DNA of 44,221 nt, from NCBI GenBank assembly GCA_047974615.1, contig JBKECM010000109.1, forward strand, positions 1 to 44,221, given 5' to 3'. The position numbers and the translations under genes were made by a program. Each line of letters starts with the position of its first letter. The stretch's first letter is position 1. The notes beneath the pieces are model-generated. The model was not told the DNA's origin and searched no databases. It worked only from the letters and a program-made list of their open reading frames with translations. The DNA is from Lachnospirales bacterium (GTDB lineage Bacteria; Bacillota; Clostridia; Lachnospirales; CAMZNU01). Below, piece after piece: positions 1 through 10,630 of the stretch.

Positions 1-52
1 TCTTTCGATTTGTATATTTACTTGTTTCTTCTCTAAATAATGATAATTGCAT
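1..52 (-). CDS. 5' end of a gene running off the left edge, N-terminus MQLSLFREETSKYTNRK; carries a beta-clamp-binding motif (possibly RarA/MgsA-like)
   Basis: Minus-strand ATG at 52 preceded by AAAGGACGTGAG; frame open to the window edge; QLSLF matches the clamp-binding consensus QL[S/D]LF. Not in the ORF track. Confidence 0.55.
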   Translation of the reverse strand, partial: MQLSLFREETSKYTNRK

Positions 53-357
53 TGGCTCACGTCCTTTTATTTTTATTATATAATTATTTTAGAGATTTTT
101 CATCTATTTTGCAACGTTGCCTTATATCTTATAGCAGCTTTTGTTACACCATATTTTTTAGCATATTTAATTAATGATAGACGATATTTTATAGTTTGTG
201 ATATAATAGTCATAGCGAAAACAGTCCTTTCAGTTTTAAAATGTGGTGTGGTAACTTTATTTTATCACTTTTGATTTGTTTTCGCTTTTATTTTTTTAAA
301 AATGTAACACTTCTATTGTAATCCTACAGTGTATTTTTACTAAATTTACTACAACTA

Positions 358-386
358 TTGATTTTTATGTAAAAAAGTAGTATAAT
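358..386 (+). promoter_or_regulatory. sigma-A-like promoter for the yloC-gmk operon
   Basis: TTGATT-17 nt-TATAAT. Confidence 0.55.
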
Positions 387-447
387 AATTTAATATACAT
401 TAATAATGTTAGGTATTTGCTTTTAGTATTTTAAAGGATAAGATAGT

Positions 448-1335
448 ATGATGAAAAGTATGACTGGTTTTGGTAGCCATGAAATGTTTATAGATAATAG
501 AAGATTTTCTGTAGAAATTAAGTCTGTAAATCATAAATATTGTGAAATTACAATAAAGTTGCCTAGATTTTTAAATGAGTTTGAACATAAGTTCAGACAA
601 ATATTAAAAGATAATATTTCTCGTGGAAAAGTTGACGTATATATAAATTTTGAAACTTTTTCTGAAAACGATTATAAAATTACTTTTAATGAACAACTAG
701 GGGATATATATTATAAGCAATTAACAGCTATTAAAGATAGATATAGTTTACAAAAAGAAATTTCCATAGATGACATTTTAAAATTGCCTGATATTTTAAA
801 GAGTGAAAAAAGTCTTGATGATGAAAGCCTTTTAAATGTTTTATATGAAAATTTTGAAAAAACTTTAAATTTAGCTTTAGATAATTTTATTTCAATGAGA
901 AGTAATGAAGGTAAAAAGCTAGAAAATGATATAATTGAAAAATTAGGTGGTTTTAAAGAAATACTCGAAAAAATTGAAGATATATATCCAAGTATCATTA
1001 ATGAATATAAGGAAAATATTACTAAAAAAGTTGAAGAACTTTTAAACTCAACAGACATAGACGAAACACGAATTTTAACAGAAGTTATGTTATATTCTGA
1101 TAAAGCTTGCATCGATGAAGAAATAACTAGGTTATATTCTCATCTTTCACAGTTTTCAGATATTATAATAGATAATGCTGCCATTGGTAGAAAATTAGAC
1201 TTTTTGATACAAGAAATTAATAGAGAAATTAACACTATAGCTTCAAAATCAAACGATATAACAATTACAAAATATGTTGTTGAACTTAAAACATTGCTTG
1301 AAAAGATACGTGAACAAGTTCAAAATATCGAATAA
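448..1335 (+). CDS. yloC: YicC/YloC family endoribonuclease
   Basis: SMTGFG, EIKSVNH, RGKVD, GRKLDFLIQEINREINT, EKIREQVQNIE; upstream of gmk. Confidence 0.93.
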   Translation: MMKSMTGFGSHEMFIDNRRFSVEIKSVNHKYCEITIKLPRFLNEFEHKFRQILKDNISRGKVDVYINFETFSENDYKITFNEQLGDIYYKQLTAIKDRYSLQKEISIDDILKLPDILKSEKSLDDESLLNVLYENFEKTLNLALDNFISMRSNEGKKLENDIIEKLGGFKEILEKIEDIYPSIINEYKENITKKVEELLNSTDIDETRILTEVMLYSDKACIDEEITRLYSHLSQFSDIIIDNAAIGRKLDFLIQEINREINTIASKSNDITITKYVVELKTLLEKIREQVQNIE

Positions 1336-1344
1336 GGAGTTTTT

Positions 1345-1953
1345 ATGAGCAAAGGTATGTTAATAATAATTTCTGGTCCTTCTGGTTCGGGAAAAGGTAC
1401 TGTTGTAAAACTTTTAGATAAAACAAAGTATTCATTATCTATATCTATGACCACTCGTTCACCACGTGAAGGTGAAGTTGATGGTAAAGATTATTTCTTC
1501 GTATCTAAAGATACATTTATTGAATTAAGAAAAGATCATGCATTTTTAGAACACGTAGAGTTTTGTGGAAATATGTATGGAACGCCAAAGTCCTATGTTT
1601 TTGACCAAGTCGAAAAAGGCAAATGCGTTATCCTTGAAATTGATGTTTTTGGGGCATTGCAAATAAAAGAGCTTTATCCTAGTTGTGTTTTAGTTTTTAT
1701 TTTACCCCCAAATATGGCTGAATTAAGACGTAGACTTGAAGGTCGTGGCACTGAAGATGGCCCTACTATTGAAAGACGCTTAAGACGTGCTTATGATGAG
1801 GTTTCAGTTGTTGATAAATACGATTATGTTATTGTAAATGATATTGTTGATAACTGTAAAACAGCAATAGATGCAATTTCTTTGGCAGAGTTTAAAAAAC
1901 CATTTAGAAACGAAAACTTGACTAATTTTTTTAAAGGAGAAAACGAATGTTAA
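1345..1953 (+). CDS. gmk: guanylate kinase
   Basis: GPSGSGKGT P-loop, TTRSPREGEVDGKDYFF, YGT, LEIDV. Confidence 0.97.
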   Translation: MSKGMLIIISGPSGSGKGTVVKLLDKTKYSLSISMTTRSPREGEVDGKDYFFVSKDTFIELRKDHAFLEHVEFCGNMYGTPKSYVFDQVEKGKCVILEIDVFGALQIKELYPSCVLVFILPPNMAELRRRLEGRGTEDGPTIERRLRRAYDEVSVVDKYDYVIVNDIVDNCKTAIDAISLAEFKKPFRNENLTNFFKGENEC

Positions 1954-2204
1954 AACCATCTTATTCAGAATTAATGAAAACAATAAATGAGGAAAGAGAA
2001 ATTGAAGATATGATTTCTTCAAGATTTATTATTGTTATTGCAGTTGCAAAGCGTGCAAGAGAAATTGTAGCTGGTAGTACACCCCTTGTAAAGTCATCTG
2101 TAGAAAAACAGGTATCAATAGCTGTTGATGAATTAAATACAAAAAAAATTGGTATACGTACAAATAATATAAGTAGAGATTTAACTTTTATTATTGAAGA
2201 ATAA
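1947..2204 (+). CDS. rpoZ: RNA polymerase omega subunit
   Basis: MLKPSYSEL, SRFIIVIAVAKRAREI; follows gmk. Confidence 0.9.
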   Translation: MLKPSYSELMKTINEEREIEDMISSRFIIVIAVAKRAREIVAGSTPLVKSSVEKQVSIAVDELNTKKIGIRTNNISRDLTFIIEE

Positions 2205-2287
2205 ATTGACTAGGTTTTAATAAGTTTTTATATAAATAAAAAATTTTATTGTTCTGTTAAATTATTTGAAAATTATTTCTATAACCT

Positions 2288-2327
2288 TAGGGCTGTAAAA
2301 GATTATTATAATCAAATTACAGCTCTA
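2288..2327. repeat. REP-like palindrome (CTGTAA...TTACAG family), possible terminator
   Basis: TAGGGCTGTAA...TTACAGCTCTA outer stem with inner GATTA/TAATC hairpin; relatives at 14465 and 21639. Confidence 0.55.
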
Positions 2328-2351
2328 TTTTATTAAATAGGAGAAAGTTAG

Positions 2352-4829
2352 TTGGATATTTTTGTTGAAGTTGTTATTGATAATAATAATAAAAATGTAG
2401 ATAAGCTTTTCACATATACTGTACCTTTTGAATATCAAGACTCCATTGAAATAGGAAAACGATGTATTGTGCCTTTTGGCAGGGGTAATATAGAAATTTT
2501 TGCATTAATCGTAAAGATTAAAAGTGAAATAGATTTTGATGAAAAAAAGTGTAAAAAAATAATAAGAGTAATAGATAAAGATGCAATTATTTCTCGCGAA
2601 CTTATAAATTTAGCTTATTTAATGAGCAAAAAATATTATTGTTCATTTAACGAATGTTTAAAACTTTCTATTCCTAAAAAAGCTTCCCTTACTGCTGAAA
2701 ATGTACTAATCGTAAATACTGAAAATTTAAAAGATAAAAAAATTAAAGAAATTGAAGAAAACATAATTAATTATATTTTAGAAAATAATAATAAAGTAGT
2801 TTTTGATGAAGTGTTAGAAAATTTTGAAAACTCAAAAAACGTAATAATGGGCTTAAAGAATAAAAAAATTATATCATTTAAAAACATTACTGAAGTTAAA
2901 GACTTGCAACAAAAATTTTTATTTATATATATAAATTATGAAAATGAAAACTCTGATGAATTAATTAAAGAAATTTTAAAAAAGAAAAATAAGCAAAGTG
3001 AAGTAATAGATTTTTTACTGGAAAATGATGATGTGGTACTTAAAGACTTACTTAATATGTTGAAAATAACAAAAAGTCCTGTTAAATCATTGCTTGAGAA
3101 AAATATAATAAAACTTGAAGCTGTTAATATTCTTAGAAATCCTGAAGTGATAGGTGAGTACAAAGGAAATAATGTATCGTCTTATACTGACGAACAGCAA
3201 AATGCCATTGATTACATAAAAAATGAAATATATAGTGGCGTTTTTACTAAACCTATTTTACTACATGGTGTAACAGGTTCAGGAAAGACAGAAGTTTATC
3301 TTAATTTGGTTCATGAAGTAATAAATATGGGTAATGAAGCTATTATTCTTGTACCTGAAATATCTTTAACAGGGCAACTTGTTAATATATTTAAAAGTCG
3401 CTTTGGTGATTTAGTTTCTTTAACTCATTCAAGATTAAGTTTTGGTGAAAGATATGATCAATGGGTTAGAGCAAAAAATGGAGAAATTAAAGTAATAATA
3501 GGTCCAAGAAGTGCTTTATTTACACCTTTTGAACACTTAGGAATTATTATAATAGATGAAGAACATGATAGCTCTTTTAAATCAGATGTTACACCTAAAT
3601 ACTCTGCTAGAGAAGTAGCTATTATGCGTTGTGAAATATCTAATGCACAAGTAGTTTTAGGTTCAGCAACTCCTAAAGTTGAAACTTACTATAATGCAAA
3701 AAATAACGAATATCATTTAATAGAACTAAAAAATAGAGTAAATAAAAAAATGCCTATTGTAGAAATCGTGGATTTACGAGATGAATTACTTAATGGTAAT
3801 AAATCTATTTTTTCCTCATTATTGATAGAAAAAATTGTTGATGCTATAAGTAAAGATGAACAAATAATTTTATTTTTAAATAAAAGAGGTTATGCAAGTT
3901 TTATAAATTGTCGTAGTTGTGGTGAAGTAATTAAATGCCCAAACTGTGATGTAACAATGACATATCACTCACATAACGAAGTTTTACGATGTCATTATTG
4001 TAATAGAGTAAAACAAAAACCAAAAAATTGTCCTATTTGTGGTTCGAAATTTATCAAACATTTCGGTGTTGGAACACAGCAAGTAGCAGATGAAATACAA
4101 AAGCTTTTTCCAAATGAAAAAATAGTAAGAATGGACCAAGATACAACTAAAGGGAAAAACTCCCATGATGTTTTAATAGATGCTTTTAGATCTAAAAAGG
4201 CAAGATTTTTAGTAGGCACTCAAATGATTTCCAAAGGACTAGACTTTAATGATGTTACTGTAGTTGGCGTTATTGCCGGTGATATGTCATTAAATATTAA
4301 CGAATATTTAGGTGGGGAACTTACTTTTTCTTTACTTACACAAGTTGCAGGCAGAGCAGGTAGAAGTGAAAAACAAGGAAATGTTATAATCCAAACATAT
4401 AAACCTGATAATTATGCAATTATTGCTGCTAAAGATAACGATTATTTAGGATTTTATGAAAATGAAATTGCTTACAGAAAATTAAGCAATAATCCACCTT
4501 TTTGCAATAACTTTTACATTTATGCAACATCAGAAAATGAAAAAAATTTAATAAAAACTCTTTATAAACTAGTGGATATTATGGTACAATATAAGAGAAT
4601 GATTTTTGAAAAAAATAGTAAAAATGATTTGCTTTTAGAAATAATTGGACCTGCTCCACAAATATTATCAAAAGTAAGAAGAAAATATAGATGGAGAATT
4701 TTAGTAAAAGGTAACTATATAAACGAACTTATGTATCTTGTTACAACATCTGTTGATTTTTTAAAAGAAACTGAAGAATGTGCAGATATAAATATATCTT
4801 TAAACTTAAATCCAGAAAATATACAATAG
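2352..4829 (+). CDS. priA: primosomal protein N' (replication restart helicase)
   Basis: GVTGSGKTEVY, DEEH, four CxxC zinc motifs, QVAGRAGR; TTG start after AGGAG. Confidence 0.97.
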   Translation: MDIFVEVVIDNNNKNVDKLFTYTVPFEYQDSIEIGKRCIVPFGRGNIEIFALIVKIKSEIDFDEKKCKKIIRVIDKDAIISRELINLAYLMSKKYYCSFNECLKLSIPKKASLTAENVLIVNTENLKDKKIKEIEENIINYILENNNKVVFDEVLENFENSKNVIMGLKNKKIISFKNITEVKDLQQKFLFIYINYENENSDELIKEILKKKNKQSEVIDFLLENDDVVLKDLLNMLKITKSPVKSLLEKNIIKLEAVNILRNPEVIGEYKGNNVSSYTDEQQNAIDYIKNEIYSGVFTKPILLHGVTGSGKTEVYLNLVHEVINMGNEAIILVPEISLTGQLVNIFKSRFGDLVSLTHSRLSFGERYDQWVRAKNGEIKVIIGPRSALFTPFEHLGIIIIDEEHDSSFKSDVTPKYSAREVAIMRCEISNAQVVLGSATPKVETYYNAKNNEYHLIELKNRVNKKMPIVEIVDLRDELLNGNKSIFSSLLIEKIVDAISKDEQIILFLNKRGYASFINCRSCGEVIKCPNCDVTMTYHSHNEVLRCHYCNRVKQKPKNCPICGSKFIKHFGVGTQQVADEIQKLFPNEKIVRMDQDTTKGKNSHDVLIDAFRSKKARFLVGTQMISKGLDFNDVTVVGVIAGDMSLNINEYLGGELTFSLLTQVAGRAGRSEKQGNVIIQTYKPDNYAIIAAKDNDYLGFYENEIAYRKLSNNPPFCNNFYIYATSENEKNLIKTLYKLVDIMVQYKRMIFEKNSKNDLLLEIIGPAPQILSKVRRKYRWRILVKGNYINELMYLVTTSVDFLKETEECADINISLNLNPENIQ

Positions 4830-4840
4830 GAGAATATAAT

Positions 4841-5305
4841 ATGGCTATAAGAGAAATGCGAATTAATGGTGATCCGATACTTAGAAAAACTTCAAAAACA
4901 ATTACAGAATTTAATGAAAAATTACATACACTTATAGATGATATGCGAGAAACTATGCATAAATATGAAGGTGTTGGTATAGCAGCAGTACAAGTTGGCG
5001 AATTGAAACGAGTTTTTCTTATTGAAATAGGTGAAGAATATATTGAATTTGTTAACCCTGAAATAATAAAAAGTGAAGGCGCATCTATTGCTTCGGAAGG
5101 TTGTTTAAGTGTACCGGGAGAATCCGGATATGTTGAACGTCCAGAATATGTTACAATAAAAGCCTTCGATAGATTTGGTAATGAATTTGTAAAAGAAGGT
5201 GAAGGATTTATGGCTGTAGCTATGTGCCATGAAAATGACCATTTAGACGGAATTATTTATATTGATAAAGTTATACCAGAAGATGAACTTGAGGAGATTG
5301 AATAA
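4841..5305 (+). CDS. def: peptide deformylase
   Basis: GVGIAAVQVG, EGCLSVP, HENDHLDG; start moved to ATG 4841 (MAIRE) behind AGGAGA. Confidence 0.96.
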   Translation: MAIREMRINGDPILRKTSKTITEFNEKLHTLIDDMRETMHKYEGVGIAAVQVGELKRVFLIEIGEEYIEFVNPEIIKSEGASIASEGCLSVPGESGYVERPEYVTIKAFDRFGNEFVKEGEGFMAVAMCHENDHLDGIIYIDKVIPEDELEEIE

Positions 5306-6238
5306 ATGAAAATTATTTTTATGGGCACTCCAGATTTTGCAGTACCTGTACTTAAGCAACTTGTAAAAAATCATGAAGTGCTTTGTGTAGTAACGAAAGA
5401 AGATAAAGAACGTGGACGTGGTAGAAAAGTTCAGTTTTCTGAAGTTAAAACAGTTGCATTAGAATATGACTTACCAATATTCCAACCAAAAAAAATTAAA
5501 AATAAGGATTGTGTTGAGTTTTTAAAAATTTTTGATGCTGATGTTTTTGTTGTTGTTGCATATGGTCAAATTTTATCTAAGGAAATACTTGATATTCCTA
5601 AAATAGCTTGTTTAAATATTCATGGAAGTATTTTACCAAAATATAGAGGACCTGCACCTATACATTGGTCTATTATTAATGGTGATAAGACAACAGGCGC
5701 AACGATTATGTATATGAATGAAGGTATGGATACAGGTGATATAATAAAAATTGCTGATTTTATAGTAGATGACAATGCCACTTTAGGCGAAGTATATGAA
5801 AAAATGAGTAATATTGGTGCTGATGCTTTAATTGAAGTTTTAAATGATTTTGAAAAAGGCATATTTAACAAAATACCTCAAAACCATTCATTAGCTACAT
5901 ATGCACCTATGATTGAAAAAAATCATGGACTTTTAGATTTTAAAAAAGAAGCAAATGAAATCAAAAACTTAGTTCGTGGATTAAATCCTGCACCTTCTGC
6001 TTTTTTTGTTTACAATGATACAATAATAAAAGTTCATACAGTAGAAATCGTTGAAGGTGATATAAATAAAGAATATGGAGAAATACTACATTTTAATAAA
6101 AATAATGGTTTAGTCATTAATACAAAAAATGGTGGTATTTCTATAAAAACAATACAAAAGCAAGGTAGTAAAGCAATGGATATAAAATCATTTTTAAATG
6201 GTAACAATGATTTTTTTGCTATAGGTGATATTTTATAA
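5306..6238 (+). CDS. fmt: methionyl-tRNA formyltransferase
   Basis: FMGTPDFA, VVAYGQIL, NIHGSILPKYRG, MDTGD. Confidence 0.97.
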   Translation: MKIIFMGTPDFAVPVLKQLVKNHEVLCVVTKEDKERGRGRKVQFSEVKTVALEYDLPIFQPKKIKNKDCVEFLKIFDADVFVVVAYGQILSKEILDIPKIACLNIHGSILPKYRGPAPIHWSIINGDKTTGATIMYMNEGMDTGDIIKIADFIVDDNATLGEVYEKMSNIGADALIEVLNDFEKGIFNKIPQNHSLATYAPMIEKNHGLLDFKKEANEIKNLVRGLNPAPSAFFVYNDTIIKVHTVEIVEGDINKEYGEILHFNKNNGLVINTKNGGISIKTIQKQGSKAMDIKSFLNGNNDFFAIGDIL

Positions 6239-6253
6239 TATGGAGGAAAAACT

Positions 6254-6943
6254 ATGTTTTATTTTGATTGGACATTTTTAATTTTAATACCAGCAATGCT
6301 TGTTTCTATGTATGCACAAGCTAAACTTACAAGTACATATAGCACATACTCACAAGTGAGAAATAGACACGGATATACTGGAGCAGATGTAGCACAAATG
6401 CTATTGTCAAAAAATGGTATCAATGATGTTAGAGTTGAGTATATTAAAGGAAACTTAACTGACCATTACGATCCAACTGCCAAAGTTATTCGTCTTTCTG
6501 ACGCAGTATATAGCCAAACTTCAGTTGCGGCTCTTGGTGTTGCAGCACATGAAACAGGACACGCTATTCAAGATAATGTTGGATATGCACCTTTAAGATT
6601 TAGACACGCTTTATTTCCAATCACAAACTTATCTTCAAAAATGGCACTTCCTATTTTTATGTTAGGTTTATTTTTTGGGACAACAAGTGGTATTCTTATG
6701 CAAATTGGTATTTACCTTTTTGCCTTTACAGTACTTTTTCAACTTGTTACTTTACCTGTAGAGTTTAATGCAAGTAGTAGAGCTCTTGATATTTTAGAAG
6801 ATGCTAAAATACTCGAGCCAGATGAAATAAAACCAGCACAAAAAGTTTTAGCTGCTGCTGCATTAACATATGTGGCTGCCGCATTTACAGCTATTTTAAA
6901 CTTAGTTAGACTTTTAGTTATAGCTAGAAACAGAAATGATTAG
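6254..6943 (+). CDS. membrane zinc metallopeptidase (YugP / Zn_peptidase_2 family)
   Basis: LTDHYDP, AAHETGHAIQ (HExxH), TLPVEFNAS, AAALTYVAA. Confidence 0.9.
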   Translation: MFYFDWTFLILIPAMLVSMYAQAKLTSTYSTYSQVRNRHGYTGADVAQMLLSKNGINDVRVEYIKGNLTDHYDPTAKVIRLSDAVYSQTSVAALGVAAHETGHAIQDNVGYAPLRFRHALFPITNLSSKMALPIFMLGLFFGTTSGILMQIGIYLFAFTVLFQLVTLPVEFNASSRALDILEDAKILEPDEIKPAQKVLAAAALTYVAAAFTAILNLVRLLVIARNRND

Positions 6944-6999
6944 GAAAACTGATTTATGTAACTGTTACAAATTAACGTAAAATATTTAGGAGTATACAA

Positions 7000-9153
7000 A
7001 TGGATAAAAATAATGTAATTATTGATGTTTTGGTTAAAGAATTTAGTATTAAAAGAGAGTTTATTGAAAATGTAATAAATCTTTTAGGTGAGGGAAACAC
7101 TATACCTTTCATTGCACGATATAGAAAAGAGTTAACCGGCTCAATGGACGACCAAGTGCTAAGAGAGTTGCATGATAGATTTGTATATTTAACAAATTTA
7201 GAAGAAAAGCGTGAAAATACAATTAAACTAATTAACGAACTTGAACTTCTAACTCCTGAAATTGAGTTAGCTCTTATAAAGGCTAAAACACCAACGGAAA
7301 TTGATGATATTTATAGACCTTTTAGACCCAAAAGAAGAACAAAGGCAACTATAGCAAAGGAAAAAGGTCTTGAACCTTTAGCAAATATCATTTTTTTACA
7401 AGAAACAAAAGAAAACATTTTAGAAATAGCAAAAGAATATATTGATATTGAAAAAGAAGTAAACAATGAGGAAGAAGCTGTAAGCTATGCTTTAGATATT
7501 ATTGCAGAAACAATATCCGATGATGCAGATATACGAAAAAATATACGTGAATATACTTTTAAAAATGCTTTAATCGAAACTTCAAAAAATGTAGAAGAAG
7601 ATACAGTTTTTGATATGTATTCTGAATTTATTGAAAAAACAGATAAAATAGCAGGACATAGAGTTTTAGCCATAAATCGTGGTGAAAAAGAAAAAGTATT
7701 ATCAGTTAAATTAAACATTGAACTTGAGGACGTTTTAAGACTTATAAAAAGTTCTGTTTTAAAAAATAATCAAAGCACAAATGAATATATAGAAACCGCT
7801 ATTTTAGATAGTTATAAACGTTTAATTTCACCTTCCATTGAACGTGAAATTAGAAATGATTTAACAGAAGTTGCAGAGGAATCGGGTATAAAACTTTTTG
7901 GTAAAAATTTAAAACAATTACTTATGCAACCTCCTGTAACAAAAGTAACAGTATTAGCTCTTGATCCTGGTTTTAGAACAGGATGTAAAGTTGCAGTTAT
8001 TGATGATTTTGGCAAAGTTTTAGAAACTGGAGTTGTTTATCCTACTGTACCTCATAAAAAAATAGCTGAAACTATTGATACGCTTTCAAAAATCATTGAT
8101 AAGCATAAAGTAAATCTTTGTGCTATAGGTAACGGCACTGCAAGTCGTGAAACAGAGGCAGTAGTTGTACAAATGATTAAAGAAAAGACACCAAAACTTC
8201 AATATTGTATAGTTAACGAGGCTGGTGCGTCTGTTTATTCGGCTTCAAAACTTGGGGCAGAGGAGTTTCCTGAATATGATGTTGCCTTACGTTCGGCAGT
8301 TTCTATAGGTAGACGATTACAAGACCCTATGGCAGAACTTGTTAAAATAGATCCTAAATCGATAGGAGTAGGGCAGTATCAACACGATATGAATCAAAAA
8401 AAATTATCTGAAACCTTAGGTGGTGTTGTTGAAGATTGCGTAAATTCAGTTGGAGTTGATATTAACACTGCTTCCCCTTCGTTATTAGCCTATGTTTCAG
8501 GTTTATCAAAAGTTGTTGCAAAAAATATCGAAACGTACCGTTTAGAAAATGGAACGTTCAAAAGCAGAAAAGAGATTTTAAAAGTTGCAAAACTAGGGCC
8601 AAAAGCTTTTGAGCAATGTGCAGGATTTTTACGTATACGTGATGGTGCAAATCCACTTGATAATACTTCTGTCCACCCTGAAAGCTACGATATAGCTACA
8701 GCTATATTAAAAGAACTTGGATATGCTACGAGTGATTTATTTGAAAACAAAATAAAAATTAATTTGGACAAAAATAAAATAATTAAGTTAAGTGAATCAT
8801 TAAATGTGGGTGTACCAACAATTAATGATATAATAAACGAGCTAAATAAACCCGGTCGTGACCCACGTGAAGATATGCCAAAATCTATTTTAAAAAGTGA
8901 TGTTTTAGATATAAAAGATTTAACAGTAGGTATGGAATTAACTGGTACTGTTAGAAATGTTATTGATTTTGGTTGTTTTGTTGATATTGGAGTTCATCAC
9001 GATGGCTTAGTACATATATCAGAACTTTCAAATAGTTTTGTAAAGCACCCTTCAGATGTTGTAGCAGTAGGAGATATTGTAAAAGTTAGAGTTAAAGATG
9101 TTGATATAAAAAAAGAAAGAGTTGCTTTATCTATGAAAGGTATAAATTTATAG
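7000..9153 (+). CDS. tex: Tex family RNA-binding protein with C-terminal S1 domain
   Basis: TIPFIARYRKE, DPGFRTGCK, GVGQYQHD, FGCFVDIGV. Confidence 0.95.
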   Translation: MDKNNVIIDVLVKEFSIKREFIENVINLLGEGNTIPFIARYRKELTGSMDDQVLRELHDRFVYLTNLEEKRENTIKLINELELLTPEIELALIKAKTPTEIDDIYRPFRPKRRTKATIAKEKGLEPLANIIFLQETKENILEIAKEYIDIEKEVNNEEEAVSYALDIIAETISDDADIRKNIREYTFKNALIETSKNVEEDTVFDMYSEFIEKTDKIAGHRVLAINRGEKEKVLSVKLNIELEDVLRLIKSSVLKNNQSTNEYIETAILDSYKRLISPSIEREIRNDLTEVAEESGIKLFGKNLKQLLMQPPVTKVTVLALDPGFRTGCKVAVIDDFGKVLETGVVYPTVPHKKIAETIDTLSKIIDKHKVNLCAIGNGTASRETEAVVVQMIKEKTPKLQYCIVNEAGASVYSASKLGAEEFPEYDVALRSAVSIGRRLQDPMAELVKIDPKSIGVGQYQHDMNQKKLSETLGGVVEDCVNSVGVDINTASPSLLAYVSGLSKVVAKNIETYRLENGTFKSRKEILKVAKLGPKAFEQCAGFLRIRDGANPLDNTSVHPESYDIATAILKELGYATSDLFENKIKINLDKNKIIKLSESLNVGVPTINDIINELNKPGRDPREDMPKSILKSDVLDIKDLTVGMELTGTVRNVIDFGCFVDIGVHHDGLVHISELSNSFVKHPSDVVAVGDIVKVRVKDVDIKKERVALSMKGINL

Positions 9154-9212
9154 CTTTATATAAATAATAAAGATAAATCCTTTATTTTAAAAGTTAATTT
9201 TTCAGCACTTAT

Positions 9213-9252
9213 AAAACAAGGTATATAATTTTATTTTTATATACCTTGTTTT
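9213..9252 (+). terminator. intrinsic terminator after tex
   Basis: AAAACAAGGTATATAA / TTATATACCTTGTTTT 16-bp inverted repeat followed by T residues. Confidence 0.75.
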
Positions 9253-9318
9253 TATTGAAAAAATATGTTAAAATATAAACAATCTTATGGATTAAATAAA
9301 ATTATTGGAGGAACAGAT

Positions 9319-10467
9319 ATGGCTAGAATGATTTTAAACGAAACATCATATTTTGGTAAAGGTGTTATTTCCGAGGTAATAACAGAAGTTAAAAGACGTG
9401 GATTTAAAAAAGGCTTTGTTGTTACTGACAAAGATTTAATAAAATTTGGTGTAACAAAAAAAGTTACAGATCTTTTAGATTCTGCAAATTTGGTATATGA
9501 AATTTTTGACGAAGTAAAAGCTAACCCTGCAGTTTCAACAGTTAAAAATGGCGTTGAAAAATATAAATTAAGTGGTGCAGATTACTTAATAGCTATAGGT
9601 GGGGGTTCTCCTATTGACACTTCAAAAGCAATCGGTATTATAATTAACAATCCAGAGTATAGCGATGTAGTAAGTCTTGAAGGACTTGCACCTACAAAAA
9701 ATAAATCTGTTCCTATTATAGCTATTTCTACAACTGCTGGTACTGCTGCAGAAGTTACAATAAACTATGTTATTACTGATGAAGAGAAGAAACGCAAATT
9801 TGTATGTGCAGACCCACATGATATTCCTGTAGTTGCTATAGTTGATAGCGATATGACCTCAAGCATGCCTAAAGGACTAACTGCTGCAACTGGTATGGAC
9901 GCATTAACACATGCTATAGAAGGTTACATTACACCGGGTGCATGGGAAATGAGTGATATGCTTCATATAAAAGCTGTAGAGATTATTGGTCGTTCTTTAA
10001 GAAAAGCTGTTGAAAATGATCCAAAAGGTCGTGAAGATATGGCACTTGGTCAATATATTGCAGGTATGGGATTTTCAAATGTTGGTCTTGGAATTGTGCA
10101 TTCTATGGCACATGCACTTGGTGCTTTTTATGACACACCACATGGTGTAGCAAACGCTATGTTACTACCAACTGTAATGGGATATAATGCAGAAGCAACA
10201 GGCGAGAAATATAAGGACATTGCCAAAGCTTTAGGTGGCGACGTTACAAATCTTTCCCAAGAAGATTACAGAAAACTAGCAGTTAATTTAGTACAAAAGT
10301 TATCTGATGATGTTGGAATTCCAAAAAGTTTAAAAGAAATTGGAGTTAAAATTGAAGATTTAGATGACTTATCAAAAACTGCTTTTGATGATGTGTGCAC
10401 TGGTGGAAATCCAAAAGCTACTAGTGTAGTTGATATTAAAGCTTTATATGAAAGTTTATTGAAATAA
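9319..10467 (+). CDS. fucO: iron-containing alcohol dehydrogenase, lactaldehyde reductase type
   Basis: RMILNETSYFG, GGGSPID, DALTHAIEG, HSMAH, PHGVANA; start reassigned to ATG 9319 behind GGAGG. Confidence 0.85.
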   Translation: MARMILNETSYFGKGVISEVITEVKRRGFKKGFVVTDKDLIKFGVTKKVTDLLDSANLVYEIFDEVKANPAVSTVKNGVEKYKLSGADYLIAIGGGSPIDTSKAIGIIINNPEYSDVVSLEGLAPTKNKSVPIIAISTTAGTAAEVTINYVITDEEKKRKFVCADPHDIPVVAIVDSDMTSSMPKGLTAATGMDALTHAIEGYITPGAWEMSDMLHIKAVEIIGRSLRKAVENDPKGREDMALGQYIAGMGFSNVGLGIVHSMAHALGAFYDTPHGVANAMLLPTVMGYNAEATGEKYKDIAKALGGDVTNLSQEDYRKLAVNLVQKLSDDVGIPKSLKEIGVKIEDLDDLSKTAFDDVCTGGNPKATSVVDIKALYESLLK

Positions 10468-10572
10468 TAAGATAATAATAAAAGTATATTTAAAGTAATT
10501 AATTAAAAGTATTTTAGATGAGATTGTTAAAATTTGATATCTTTGATAAAAAATAAAATTTTATGGAATATT

Positions 10573-10614
10573 AAAAAAGCTTTATACGAATTATTTTTCG
10601 TATAAAGCTTTTTT
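10573..10614. terminator. bidirectional intrinsic terminator between convergent fucO and ABC ATPase
   Basis: AAAAAAGCTTTATACGAA / TTCGTATAAAGCTTTTTT. Confidence 0.85.
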
Positions 10615-10630
10615 GTCTTTATTTTAATAA

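Noticed and set aside
47-274. 75-aa ORF from the track
   Set aside because: No SD, no recognisable motif, and it overlaps the upstream region of the minus-strand edge gene
6956-6968. Palindrome TGTAAC-T-GTTACA upstream of tex
   Set aside because: Short, single occurrence, and not unexpected in AT-rich DNA
9198-9210. TTTTTCAGCACTT resembling a family A MITE end
   Set aside because: Short, with no partner end or internal blocks; may be chance or a relic
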